From Candidatus Hydrothermarchaeum profundi (GTDB lineage: Archaea > Hydrothermarchaeota > Hydrothermarchaeia > Hydrothermarchaeales > Hydrothermarchaeaceae), in NCBI GenBank assembly GCA_002011125.2, contig MTMF02000009.1, positions 872,989 through 936,988 on the forward strand: DNA of 64,000 nucleotides. The letters run 5' to 3'. The translations under genes and the position numbers were made by a program. Below the pieces are notes generated by a model. It saw only the letters and a program-made list of their open reading frames with translations, had not been told where the DNA came from and ran no database searches. Numbering within the stretch: the first letter of the stretch is position 1; each line of letters begins with the position of its first letter. Positions 49,401 through 58,200 of the stretch are shown here, one piece after another.

Positions 49401-52400
49401 TCTGTTTTAACTTATCCCAACGGAACAACAGAAAACGTAAGCTTAGCTAATACAGGAGTGCCATGCGCAAGCGGAGATACCTATGGTGCGGAAGTAAATG
49501 TGGGTTCAACTCAAGGGACCTTCTACTTTAATGCCAGTTATGCGAATGATACCTCAGGTAACATCGGGAGTAATACCACCGTACAGAGCTTAACAGTGAC
49601 TTCAGTTGATAATACTCCACCTTATAACATCTCCTTCATACCCCCCACACCTGATAATGCTACAACGTTACCCTCTACTCAAAATTGGACGACTATTAAC
49701 GTAACGGTTGAGGATGCCTCTAGCAGCATTGACACATGCCTGCTCGAATGGAATGGAACCAACGAGTCTATGACGATAGATGGCAGCGGCCTCTCCGTAT
49801 ACTGCTGGAGTAATAAAACCGACCTCTCAAATGGTGTCTATGGCTACCGTGTTTACGCTAATGACTCCTCCGGAAATATAAACGTTAGCGAGTACCGTGA
49901 GGTCACTATAGCTTACACTCCTACCTATAAGCAGATATACCGTTACTATGTCAAATTTGATATCTCAAGCATACCCCAAGGCGCCACCGTTAACGCAGCA
50001 AATCTCACAGTCAATGTCACTAGAGCAGCATCTGGGGCGATAGGTGTTGTAAATAGAACCACAGGGGACTACGACAGTACATCAGGGAACGACACGGTAT
50101 GGGCTGATAGCTCAGGAACAAAGAGCAGTGGAGGAACATTCGATGCAAGTACCACGGGTCTCAAAAACATCACAATCACTGAGGCAGTTCAGGCCGCTGT
50201 AAATGAGGGCGAAGGTTTCGTGGCTTTTGTGATAACAGAACTAAACGAAGACGCAGATCAAAACTTCACCATTGCTGGAAGCCAGAGCGGTTGGCCAAAA
50301 CTCTACATAAACTACTCAACTAATCCTCAAAAGCAAATCCACGGTATAAGATACATAAGAAAAGATGGCACCTATTCTACTCCCTATGACAGTTCCAATG
50401 TAGCCAACTGTACTTCTTGCCATCAAGGAAACATAGCAAGTGTAAATGGAACAAGTACGCCGCAGATTCCCTCTTCTATTACCCATAGTAATGGAAGCAA
50501 GTGGAATACTTCTCCAGGATACTGGGATGCAACCAACAATCTCTCAGCATGCCTCTACTGCCACGGGAATACGACTCATAACGATACAGCCCTAGGCAAC
50601 GCTAGTCAGGGCCTAGTTGATACTAATTATGTCAATGGAAGCATAAATACAACCAGCTACTGGTGCTCTGGCTGCCATAGAGAAGATTATGCTAACTATT
50701 ACGGCGATACTCTCTATCCAATCCCGCCCACCATAAATGCTTCAGGAAATTACTATCCGTCATCAGGAAGCCCAATAGATCACACAGGCTTCATTGCATC
50801 AGATAGCTCGGATTCAAAGTGCTTTGAATGTCATAAAGGCTCTTTGACTGGGGACCCGAAAATAGATGTCTTTTTGCACAAGGTCTCGGAAGGCAGGGCT
50901 GGAGGAGAGAACTGCACAACCTGCCACGATCTAGGGGGATCTGCTCCTAGCTTGCTAAACATATCAGCATTTAGAGAAGGAGTTCACGCTGGACTTAATA
51001 ATTATTCCAGCGATCTCGGTCCAAACAGTGGTTCTTCAGCAGATACCATCAACTATGCCTGCTGGGCCTGCCATGGTAATGGCTCGTCTCCTGGAAGCCA
51101 GCATCCGTCGAACTATAAGAGCCCATATAACTGCACCTCCTGTCACCTCGAGTCAGGGAGCAGGGCAGGTGTCTTCTATGGAGCTAGAAATGTCACTGAG
51201 CATTTCAAGGAAGGTGAAGACATACAAGCAGCAACATCTTATCCAAACAATATTACCTCTTGCCTATCATGCCACAACAAATCAGAGATGATATTATACA
51301 ATGGTAACGTAGGTGACCCTGATTTTGGAGGATTTAGTGATACAGATGGGGATGGAGTAGTAGGCGGAAACTACAGCTTCTATCACTACGGAAAGAACAG
51401 AACCTCTGACTTGGTGGTTAATGGCTACACAAACTGCTCGTATTGTCATCAAGATGCGAGCGATAGCTTTGGAGCGCCTGACGTTACAGAACATACTGAA
51501 GTGGGAGTGAACGTTTCAGTAACTAAAACCTGCGTCAACTCTGACTGCCACAATAGCGGCAGGATTCATGATGCTACGTTAAAGATTAGAACGGATATTG
51601 CACCCTGGACATCCGGCGCAAACGACAGGTGCGCTCCCTGTCATAACTCTACTGGTCCAGGTTCTTCCATTGTAATTTATAATCATACGTCCTCTGTTTC
51701 AGGCATCACCGATTGCTCCTATTGCCATGACAGTAACGCTAAGGGCAGTGGAGGATCGTATCTCATACTTCACAACTCTAGCCTACAGCAACCCTACGAT
51801 TCTAGCTCTTACCAGTGTAGCAACTGCCATCAAAACGCCGAAGACGATTATAACGCAAGAGATATATATGCTCACTCAAATAGCAGCTCTTCCACGCTGA
51901 ATGTAAACGGCTCAGACTGTGGGCGTTGCCATAAGACCGATTATTCTGCATTTACAGCGGGGGATAATCTCCATAACTCTACCCTAATAAAGCCTTCAGA
52001 GACCCAATGCACAGAATGTCATCAGAGTGCTAGTGACAGCGTATCAGCGGTAGATGTATATGAGCATACTACAGCGGCAGCTGCTAATGGACGTGATATT
52101 AACATAAGTAGAGAATGTACTGATAGTGGTTGTCATTGGAATGGCACAGGCAGTACGCCTACAATGCTTCACAACGACACTCTCGAGGTAAAGACAATAT
52201 ACGAGTTTAATCCATCTAATAGCGACGTAGACAGATGTGCTCCTTGCCATAACTCTTCAAGCAGCTGGTCTACGATAAATGTTACAGATCATACCCCAAG
52301 GGCAACGGGTCCAAGCTGCGTTAACTCAACATGCCACAGTGGTCAAAAGTTGCATACAGATTCCATTAAAAAACCGGCTACTATGTTCAATGATAGCCTA

Positions 52401-55247
52401 TGCTTAGAGTGCCACTCAGATCGGCAGCAACACGCCTCTTATGATCTTCCTGAGGTAGCAGATTCAAATAACCTTAACTGTACAGATTGCCATGCAAACT
52501 GGCAAAGCAGCGAGAAGCAGATTCATGGAATCAACAATAGTTACTTACAACAAGATCTTGCTTCATACGGAGCCAATACGACTGCGGTAAATTGCACTTC
52601 ATGTCACACTAATTCTACAGCAGTGATTAATGGCACTTCAGCTCCCTATATAGGAAGTAGCCTGAGACACAGCAATAATGAGTCTGCTGGGCAGCTTTGG
52701 GGTGACTACTGGAATGATACAGACTCTGTGTTGAGTAATGACTCGTGCTATTATTGTCATGGAGATACCAAGCATAATGCTACTGCCCTTGGCTATGTAT
52801 CTATCCTCAACGTAGATAATAATTATGTAAATGGTTCTGTAAATGGTACTTCTCAATGGTGTCGTTCCTGTCATTATAATGATAGCACCTCTATTTATAA
52901 AGGAAATAACTTCTCGCCACGTCCTCCTGAGATAACAAACGACACAGGCGAATTCTACAACCGTAACCCAAGCGGCTATGAATTACACACAGGTTCTAGT
53001 TATCTCGGAAATGACTCCACTTGTTCCAACTGTCATAAGGCAAGTAGTGAAGATGATCCTGGTATGGACAGGTTTGTACACAATGTAAAAATTGGTGTAG
53101 CTGGAGGTCGAAACTGTACTTCGTGCCATTATCTAGGCAGTAGCAACGCTCCTAAACATTTGAATCTCTCTGCAATGAATATCTCAGATAACGCCCACTA
53201 CATGCTTAATAATCGCTCTGGTGATCCTGGAACTACTGATACATCAGGCTCTGACTGGAATAACCGCAGGTGCTGGGCATGCCACAGTAATGGCACTAAT
53301 CCTGCAGACAGTCATAACAAAACCAAGTATAAGTCACCATGGACATGCCCTGACTGCCATCTCTCGAGTGGAGCAATGAACAGCGTATTCAACTGGAGCG
53401 CTGCAGGTCTAAGCAATGTCTCAGAGCATTATAGGAGCGGATCAGATATTCAAGCAACAGCGTTTGAGGCATCAGACCTAGAATCCTGTCTAAATTGCCA
53501 TGAGTATCGCGATGATATATCGCAGCCCATGTCAGAGATGCTTATACCAAATGTTAATGACCCAGATTACGGTAGCTTTACTGGAGATGGTGTAAGACCA
53601 AGTGAGACTGGTGGGAATTACAGTTTCTATCACTACGGAAAGAAAAGGTTTAAGAGTGGAGACGGGCTTTATACGGCGGGCGGATACACTAACTGCTCAT
53701 ATTGTCATCAGAATTCCTCAACAGGCTTCGATTTCACAGATACCAAAAGTTATCTGAAGAGTATAGAACAACATACTACACGACAACAAATCAATTGCAC
53801 TAATTCAACCTGCCACAACTCGGGCAGAATTCATGACTCCACATTGCAAAAGCCGACTTTAAGTATATCTAATGATACGATCTGCGTTACTTGTCATGGT
53901 AGTAGAGAGAGGCATGCTGGAAGCGTTAATTGCACTCAATGCCACACAAACACCTCAAAGGATATAGATATTCATCCAATCAAATATCTACTGCAAAACA
54001 ACACTTTCTCAACTTCAAACTCCTCTGCCGTTAATTGCACCACTTGCCATACAACATCAGCTATAACCGGAACTAACAATTTAGATCCACCGAGAGTACC
54101 TCAGTTAAACCATTCTAACGGCTCAAAATGGAGTTCCACCCCGTATTGGAATGACAGTGCCGGAAGCATGCAAAACTCATCCTGTTATTACTGTCACGGA
54201 GACACAAAACACAACTCTACCGCCCTTGGAAAAAGCTCAGGAGCCCAACAGGCTTGGGACTATATAAATGGTACCATAAATACCACTTCAACATGGTGCC
54301 AGGACTGCCACTATAATGGCAGCTCGAATTATATCGGCAGCTTGTTCTCTCCAGCTCCGCCGGAAATAACTAACGCCACTGGGCTCCTGGGCTCTGTCTC
54401 CGGATACTTTAACCATAGCTTGGGAAGCTATAATGACTCAGCCTGCTTCTCTTGCCATGGAAATAATACGTTAGGGGATAAGTTGGATGAATTCATGCAT
54501 AATATCTCTATTGGTAAGGCCTCAGGAAGCAATCCGAAAAATTGCACCTCATGTCATGCTTTACCCGAAGAAGGAGGAAGCGGAGCTGCTCCAAAAACGA
54601 TTAACAGAACCGCTTTTAACTCCACATATTCGATACATAGGCTATTAAATAGGACTGAAAGTGGAGATGAAAATACACCATGTTGGGCATGCCATGGTAA
54701 TGGCACGGCACCGTCGAGTGATATGAATCATTCTACATGGCCCAATCTGAAGAATCCTAAAGCATGTCCAGCGTGTCACGATCAGGGTAACTTTTCAGCG
54801 CCAGTTGTCTATAAGCATTCTCCAACCAGTTCGGCCGTTACTACAACTGCGGAATGCGAGTCCTGCCATAACAATAGCATGATCACCAATACTGGAGACA
54901 CAGCTACCAACTGGACTGCATTAGTTTCTCATTATGGCACTAACCAAAGTCTTAAGCCTGGAGGAACCTATAATACTACTAAGTGCATTAACTGCCATAA
55001 GAAGACTCTTGCCGAGGATCCTGTAGACGGATGCGCAGAAGCATCTAGTGCAACTGAGAGAGCAAAGTGGGGTAACCCGCCGATCGTTACCATGGGTCAG
55101 TGCGATGAGACACTTTGCTGGACATGCCATATGAGTGCAAACGAGAACAAAAAACCTGGAGAAAGTATCGAGACTCCAGATAATTTCCATAGCGCAACTA
55201 TAGTTGACATGATGTGGAACTGTCAGAGATGTCATGTAATAGACTAA
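43473..55247 (+). CDS. Giant extracellular multiheme cytochrome c (3924 aa; 67 CxxCH plus 10 non-canonical CxnCH)
   Basis: Sec-type signal peptide. Hand count: 67 CxxCH, 6 Cx4CH, 2 Cx6CH, 1 Cx9CH, 1 Cx17CH. Internal 12-heme repeats; no C-terminal TM anchor. Confidence 0.95.
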   Translation: MKGCSSTRLCIAVLVGILALLVLSPTATASVATSGRYNLSRPTNLEIEPNPTPSCSQGNGVSATCHLLNATFPASKAGTARDGSITSTWDHKTWFNLGDGATRGDTSIAHPGAERGPASMFPLWVHQQHGLGNWPTWNLNPNYPVNYTVDPNWINSSLYSASAAPGKRDQDVGDNIGNDQGNRRFPAQAENNVGPYWGKKIKGDSIIMSGEDPNQILALAFIAYPTADKDRTPAGLPSCTYGSQGNSYENTTDTVGCHGIYEPYKAKADNYRSDEPACTKCHTTITSGAVTSTNSKHGSATNAQFCRDCHKNASQSPTADKLADNTVTGTTGFIPMVRECWECHSGTKLGASGVNTTFAHSGKDCRYCHGHGHNITRQLNWNTTCGNNDDICHGSGSTKPQTTLVTHNKTGSSTPSPTCFNCHGSSTAHNITIPGCNKCHNSTSTWGAARINGTGAIPAWDSSNAIYHGGADKKCSDCHQSSPHSRPVKRESCGIDNSSCHGSGATKVITQTHSNLSCTDCHNNNTIKSYSGNLQTINTNFHATERSTSGANMTPFNISSPIQKSDCTKCHDNSSYIDPSLSCDSCHTDTSQGKFTVHSSDMEVASREQGKLGDGRHDAGGPNCTQCHWTGSNENRPDVNITVFNQSIHRWINNASEPGIDENESINRACRGCHVTNGEASHHNRYTYCWDCHNGTAMYSNVSNAPAVREHYNNASELNISLLSGDINSSCVTCHNKTEMLLDFWENATTTKGRNTSFYNVSHYGKKRTDLRYIENGKNVTYCIYCHQNSSTAFSDVMQNTEHISMSNHSPRMGAPTCSNETCHNQGRIHDVSLTKPQFNATLCRTCHTDRYNHSGSKPTGGVNCTECHTNTSKGGWDIHGINGTYLQNTGNTYGPNTTAVNCSTCHQTDTPPSLINTPPRIPSPLNHSNNESAGQLWGDYWNDTDSVLSNDSCYYCHGDTKHNATGLGNVSIITGTVNGSINSTSQWCRSCHYNDSTSIYKGNNFSPRPPEITNDTGEFYNKAPSKYYNHSFTDTYNDTKCDDCHAPSPTPTNITAFMHNVQIGVAGGRNCTNCHDIGGSAPKHINVSAFNRSIHANLNNNTDPGSGIPNVTTACWACHGDGTDPGNSHPSNYKNPYTCSDCHVQGGANYGKYPNAKNVSEHYNNGADVNVSKLTGDVDSSCAYCHYGKSEMLLSASEINDPDTVSWSIYSGYNGGNNSASHYGKKRFVSGDGLYTAGGYTNCSYCHQNTATNFADAMENLNNINLYNHTNRTGGPYCTNSTCHGSGRIHDAILTKPYLNSTHQSGGMYNSTLCISCHANRRVHADAGDINANTLECASCHANPTAYSASGGGAGYFSISYDRVVMRDTDGSYSGNGSPSEAMVGDPASAKISSNIEPTVKTGGLLDKIGKWFSSGINSAKALLDNIEKELFKPSIEIVNPESRPRLGGEWEVYFKTKGSGVLEIRDHSFPEEVGFIALLYKKIGDQWIPVPIEISGDLIRAQWNHGEGKAIFKPLTTGKHTVELKFGNYAYAYNYVEPEVNFDRRLEGLKTGQHKVPPTTEIEITITATVSSTVENAILRDYVPKDFTIIKTYGGTIKEYNSEYNVIEWEVGTVNKSISKKYTVYSPERTIPPTKYYFYSELSHDGGSRTSDKWRVTVADPNTLIIRPNADGTLNDWSIGGTSPPANRWEAVDETTQNDDTDYVYATSQNLDQFFNLQDHTTETGTIDNVTVYIYAKQTTGNEYLQVCIWDNTYCQNTPTISTSYTLYSYSWTTDPSDSLAWTWSDIDALEAGVRSKNSGGWGGEIRVTQLYVEISYTPAAADNPPTWRNQMQNVSTINVSGAVNLSAQGNDDNGLWQAYLETNESGGTWANITDGTYGSPITLNNVTSWTWTNFTWSNSSIGPGTSIGWRIWYKDNATTPQWNVTDIMTFDVVDEVPPVITSKSINESGSVTVDTYVCINTTVTDNWQLDKVWSVLTYPNGTTENVSLANTGVPCASGDTYGAEVNVGSTQGTFYFNASYANDTSGNIGSNTTVQSLTVTSVDNTPPYNISFIPPTPDNATTLPSTQNWTTINVTVEDASSSIDTCLLEWNGTNESMTIDGSGLSVYCWSNKTDLSNGVYGYRVYANDSSGNINVSEYREVTIAYTPTYKQIYRYYVKFDISSIPQGATVNAANLTVNVTRAASGAIGVVNRTTGDYDSTSGNDTVWADSSGTKSSGGTFDASTTGLKNITITEAVQAAVNEGEGFVAFVITELNEDADQNFTIAGSQSGWPKLYINYSTNPQKQIHGIRYIRKDGTYSTPYDSSNVANCTSCHQGNIASVNGTSTPQIPSSITHSNGSKWNTSPGYWDATNNLSACLYCHGNTTHNDTALGNASQGLVDTNYVNGSINTTSYWCSGCHREDYANYYGDTLYPIPPTINASGNYYPSSGSPIDHTGFIASDSSDSKCFECHKGSLTGDPKIDVFLHKVSEGRAGGENCTTCHDLGGSAPSLLNISAFREGVHAGLNNYSSDLGPNSGSSADTINYACWACHGNGSSPGSQHPSNYKSPYNCTSCHLESGSRAGVFYGARNVTEHFKEGEDIQAATSYPNNITSCLSCHNKSEMILYNGNVGDPDFGGFSDTDGDGVVGGNYSFYHYGKNRTSDLVVNGYTNCSYCHQDASDSFGAPDVTEHTEVGVNVSVTKTCVNSDCHNSGRIHDATLKIRTDIAPWTSGANDRCAPCHNSTGPGSSIVIYNHTSSVSGITDCSYCHDSNAKGSGGSYLILHNSSLQQPYDSSSYQCSNCHQNAEDDYNARDIYAHSNSSSSTLNVNGSDCGRCHKTDYSAFTAGDNLHNSTLIKPSETQCTECHQSASDSVSAVDVYEHTTAAAANGRDINISRECTDSGCHWNGTGSTPTMLHNDTLEVKTIYEFNPSNSDVDRCAPCHNSSSSWSTINVTDHTPRATGPSCVNSTCHSGQKLHTDSIKKPATMFNDSLCLECHSDRQQHASYDLPEVADSNNLNCTDCHANWQSSEKQIHGINNSYLQQDLASYGANTTAVNCTSCHTNSTAVINGTSAPYIGSSLRHSNNESAGQLWGDYWNDTDSVLSNDSCYYCHGDTKHNATALGYVSILNVDNNYVNGSVNGTSQWCRSCHYNDSTSIYKGNNFSPRPPEITNDTGEFYNRNPSGYELHTGSSYLGNDSTCSNCHKASSEDDPGMDRFVHNVKIGVAGGRNCTSCHYLGSSNAPKHLNLSAMNISDNAHYMLNNRSGDPGTTDTSGSDWNNRRCWACHSNGTNPADSHNKTKYKSPWTCPDCHLSSGAMNSVFNWSAAGLSNVSEHYRSGSDIQATAFEASDLESCLNCHEYRDDISQPMSEMLIPNVNDPDYGSFTGDGVRPSETGGNYSFYHYGKKRFKSGDGLYTAGGYTNCSYCHQNSSTGFDFTDTKSYLKSIEQHTTRQQINCTNSTCHNSGRIHDSTLQKPTLSISNDTICVTCHGSRERHAGSVNCTQCHTNTSKDIDIHPIKYLLQNNTFSTSNSSAVNCTTCHTTSAITGTNNLDPPRVPQLNHSNGSKWSSTPYWNDSAGSMQNSSCYYCHGDTKHNSTALGKSSGAQQAWDYINGTINTTSTWCQDCHYNGSSNYIGSLFSPAPPEITNATGLLGSVSGYFNHSLGSYNDSACFSCHGNNTLGDKLDEFMHNISIGKASGSNPKNCTSCHALPEEGGSGAAPKTINRTAFNSTYSIHRLLNRTESGDENTPCWACHGNGTAPSSDMNHSTWPNLKNPKACPACHDQGNFSAPVVYKHSPTSSAVTTTAECESCHNNSMITNTGDTATNWTALVSHYGTNQSLKPGGTYNTTKCINCHKKTLAEDPVDGCAEASSATERAKWGNPPIVTMGQCDETLCWTCHMSANENKKPGESIETPDNFHSATIVDMMWNCQRCHVID
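46260..46366 (+). repeat. 107-bp intragenic direct repeat, copy 1 (copy 2 at 52674-52780; 1 mismatch)
   Basis: AATAATGAGTCTGCTGGGCAG...CAAGCATAATGC occurs twice. Confidence 0.92.
46449..46537 (+). repeat. 89-bp identical intragenic direct repeat, copy 1 (copy 2 at 52872-52960)
   Basis: CATTATAATGATAGCACC...GAATTCTACAA occurs twice. Confidence 0.92.
47166..47218 (+). repeat. 53-bp identical intragenic direct repeat, copy 1 (copy 2 at 53658-53710)
   Basis: GGAGACGGGCTTTATACGG...TTGTCATCA occurs twice. Confidence 0.9.
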
Positions 55248-58200
55248 AAGCTATAAAATATCTCATAGCGATAATCTGCTTAATCTATCTTTACCCCAGT
55301 GTATATGCTTTAGGAAACCAGACGGGATGGCCTTATTATGTGGGGAATAGTCTTAGTTCTCCGATAATAGTAAATCTTGATGGCAATTTGTCTACTGGCC
55401 TTGAGATAGTACTCTCAAGAGGCCCAGGAATCCACCAGGGCAGAGGGAGGGTATATGCTTTCTACTATACCAACGAGACTTTATTCCCCTCCGGCTATCT
55501 TGAGGTATCTACCGATGGAGAAAGTATCGGTCCACCAGCAGTAGGAGACTTAATGGGCGATGGTAAACTATCTGTTGTTGTGGGTTCCAGCTTAGGAAAA
55601 ATCTATGCATGGTATTACAATGGTTCTGGAGTTTTAAATCAAAGCGGGCTTTTCACTGTCACTGGTAACAATATTCAGTCCTCTCCTGTTTTAGTAGACT
55701 TAGATAGTAATATTTCTAATGGGCTCGAAATACTTGTAGGTCTAGAAAATGGCAGTTTACAGGCTTGGTATAGTAATGGAAGCCTAATGTGGTCTAAATC
55801 TGTCGGTGGAGCTATATACTCAATTTCGGTTGCTGATTTAGATGGCGATAGTGCGATAGAAATAGTTGCAGGTTCTGGTGATAGTAAAGTTTATGCATTA
55901 CATTGGGATGGAGCCCCTGTTAGTGGATGGCCTGTTGATACGGGCGGGCCCGTGGTAGCATCCCCTGCTACCTGCGACCTAGATAGAGACGGCTATCCAG
56001 AGATAATAACGGGCTCAGAGGACTTTAAAGTATATGCATGGCGGCATGATGGAACTGCTCTAGCAGGTTGGCCTGTTACAACATATAATTATGTAGAGTC
56101 TTCTCCCTCTTGCGGTGATTTGAATGGGGATGGATACTTAGAGGTAGTTGTAGGTAGTAGAGACCACAGTGTATATGTCTGGAATTATAATGGTACCTTA
56201 TTAGATGGCTGGCCAAAATCGACCGAAGGTAATGTGGATTCATCCCCTGCTCTAGGTGACGTGGATGGTGACGGAAGTGTGGATGTAGTAGTAGGTTCAT
56301 CTGACGGTAAAGTGTATGCCTGGAGTTTTAATGGGTCTAATATTGAAGGTTGGCCGATTCAGGTTGATAGTCAAGTTGGATCATCTCCTGCGATAGGGGA
56401 TACAGACTTGGATAATAAAACGGAAGTCATTGTTACCACTCAGGGGGCTTGGATATATGTTTGGGAGACAGGAGTTTATAATAAGTCAAAGGTTCTCTGG
56501 CCAATGTTTCGGCAAAACCCAGCGCAGACAGCTTCAGTCCATCCTATTGTTAAAATAATCTCTCCTCAGGTTATTGGATGGTTTGGGGCATATGAGGACT
56601 CCCTTTTTTCCCTCAATCTTTCCAGTATTACTTTCCCCTATCACAGTGCTGTAACTTTTAATGGTTCTGCTTTTTATCCGAATGGAGAAATTTTAGCTTA
56701 TCACTGGAGTTCCGATATTAATGGAAGCATAGGAAACTCTTCAGACTTTATAATTGAAACCTTAAAAAGAGGATATCATAGAATTACTTTAACGATATCT
56801 ACTGACGATGGCTCATCAGGAAGTGCTACTGGAGACCTGTTTATTTACAATGGCCAGGTGAACTTCTCTGATAACACCTCCCTCTTTGAAATAAACTCTT
56901 CTACAGGGTACATCAGCTTTATTCCAGATAACTGGCAAGTAGGAGACTATGGGATAAATATAACAGTTAGTGATAGCGAAGGTGTTCTAGGATCTAAGAC
57001 ATTTTACCTGACAATTTTTAACACCAATGATCCACCACTAATTAATACCACTTCTCCCCAGACAATAGTTAATGAAGACACCATTTGGAGTTATGATTTC
57101 AATGCCACAGATGATGATGTAGATGCAGGTTATGGGGATACCCTTACATGGTATGTAAACAACACAAAAATCAGCATAGACCCTTCCACTGGATTTGCTA
57201 CATGGATACCAGGTAATAGCGAGGTAGGATATACCACTATAAACATAACAGTTGAAGATAGTGAAGGCGAAAGCGATACCCTCATATTCGATGTCTACGT
57301 GAATAACACTAATGATCCCCCAGTATTAGAGCATATTGGACCCCAAACTGCAATTACTAACCACACTTTTTATCTGAAAATTAATGCGTCCGATATAGAT
57401 AAAGGAGACAATGATACCTTAATATTTTCGGATGATACTCCTCTGTTCGACATTAACTCTACCACAGGAGAAATAAACTTCACTCCCACGTTATCTCAGG
57501 CAGGAAATACCTATTTCGTGAACATCTCGGTCAGAGATAGCAGTGGGGCAGTAGATTATGAGATAGTCCAGTTTTTCATAGATTATGAAATAAAAGAGCT
57601 TGATGTATCATGCTCACTAAATAAGGAGAATTACTATGTCAATGAAAATGTAACTCTAGAATGTACGGTTACTAATTACTATGGGCAAAACGCAACTGCC
57701 GACATAGTACAGGCTATAATAACCACTCCTTGTGGAGAAGTTTGGAAAAATCTTACTAGAGTCGGTGACAACATCTATAAAGCCATAATAGACGATTCTT
57801 TCATCCAAGGAAACTACACCCTAACTATATACGCAAATAAGTCGAACTATACCTCAGGTGAAGCGACGTTAAGCTTTGAGGCACTCCCGCCGGCTACATG
57901 GCACTATTATAAGAACGTAACTGTAAATTCAGGTACGAGTGAAAGGGAGAATGCACCCATTAAGCTGGAATTAAACTTTACTTATGAAATATCTAGTGTA
58001 GGTGGCTCTGGGACGTTCGACAATAACTCCATAAGGATATATGAGGTAGACTCACAAGGAAATGAAGTAGCAGAAGTAGAGTATTTATTTGAAAAGTCTA
58101 CAGGGGAACCTGGGGCAACTAATATAGCGTTAGGTAAAACGGCAACCGCTAGCTCTAGCTATGGGGGAGGCTATGAGCCTTGGAGAGCTGTTGATGGAAA

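Noticed and set aside
47500-50330. Intein or mobile element as the cause of the large in-frame insertion
   Set aside because: No splice-junction residues (N-terminal C/S block, C-terminal HN), no endonuclease or transposase motifs; the content is extracellular beta-domains.
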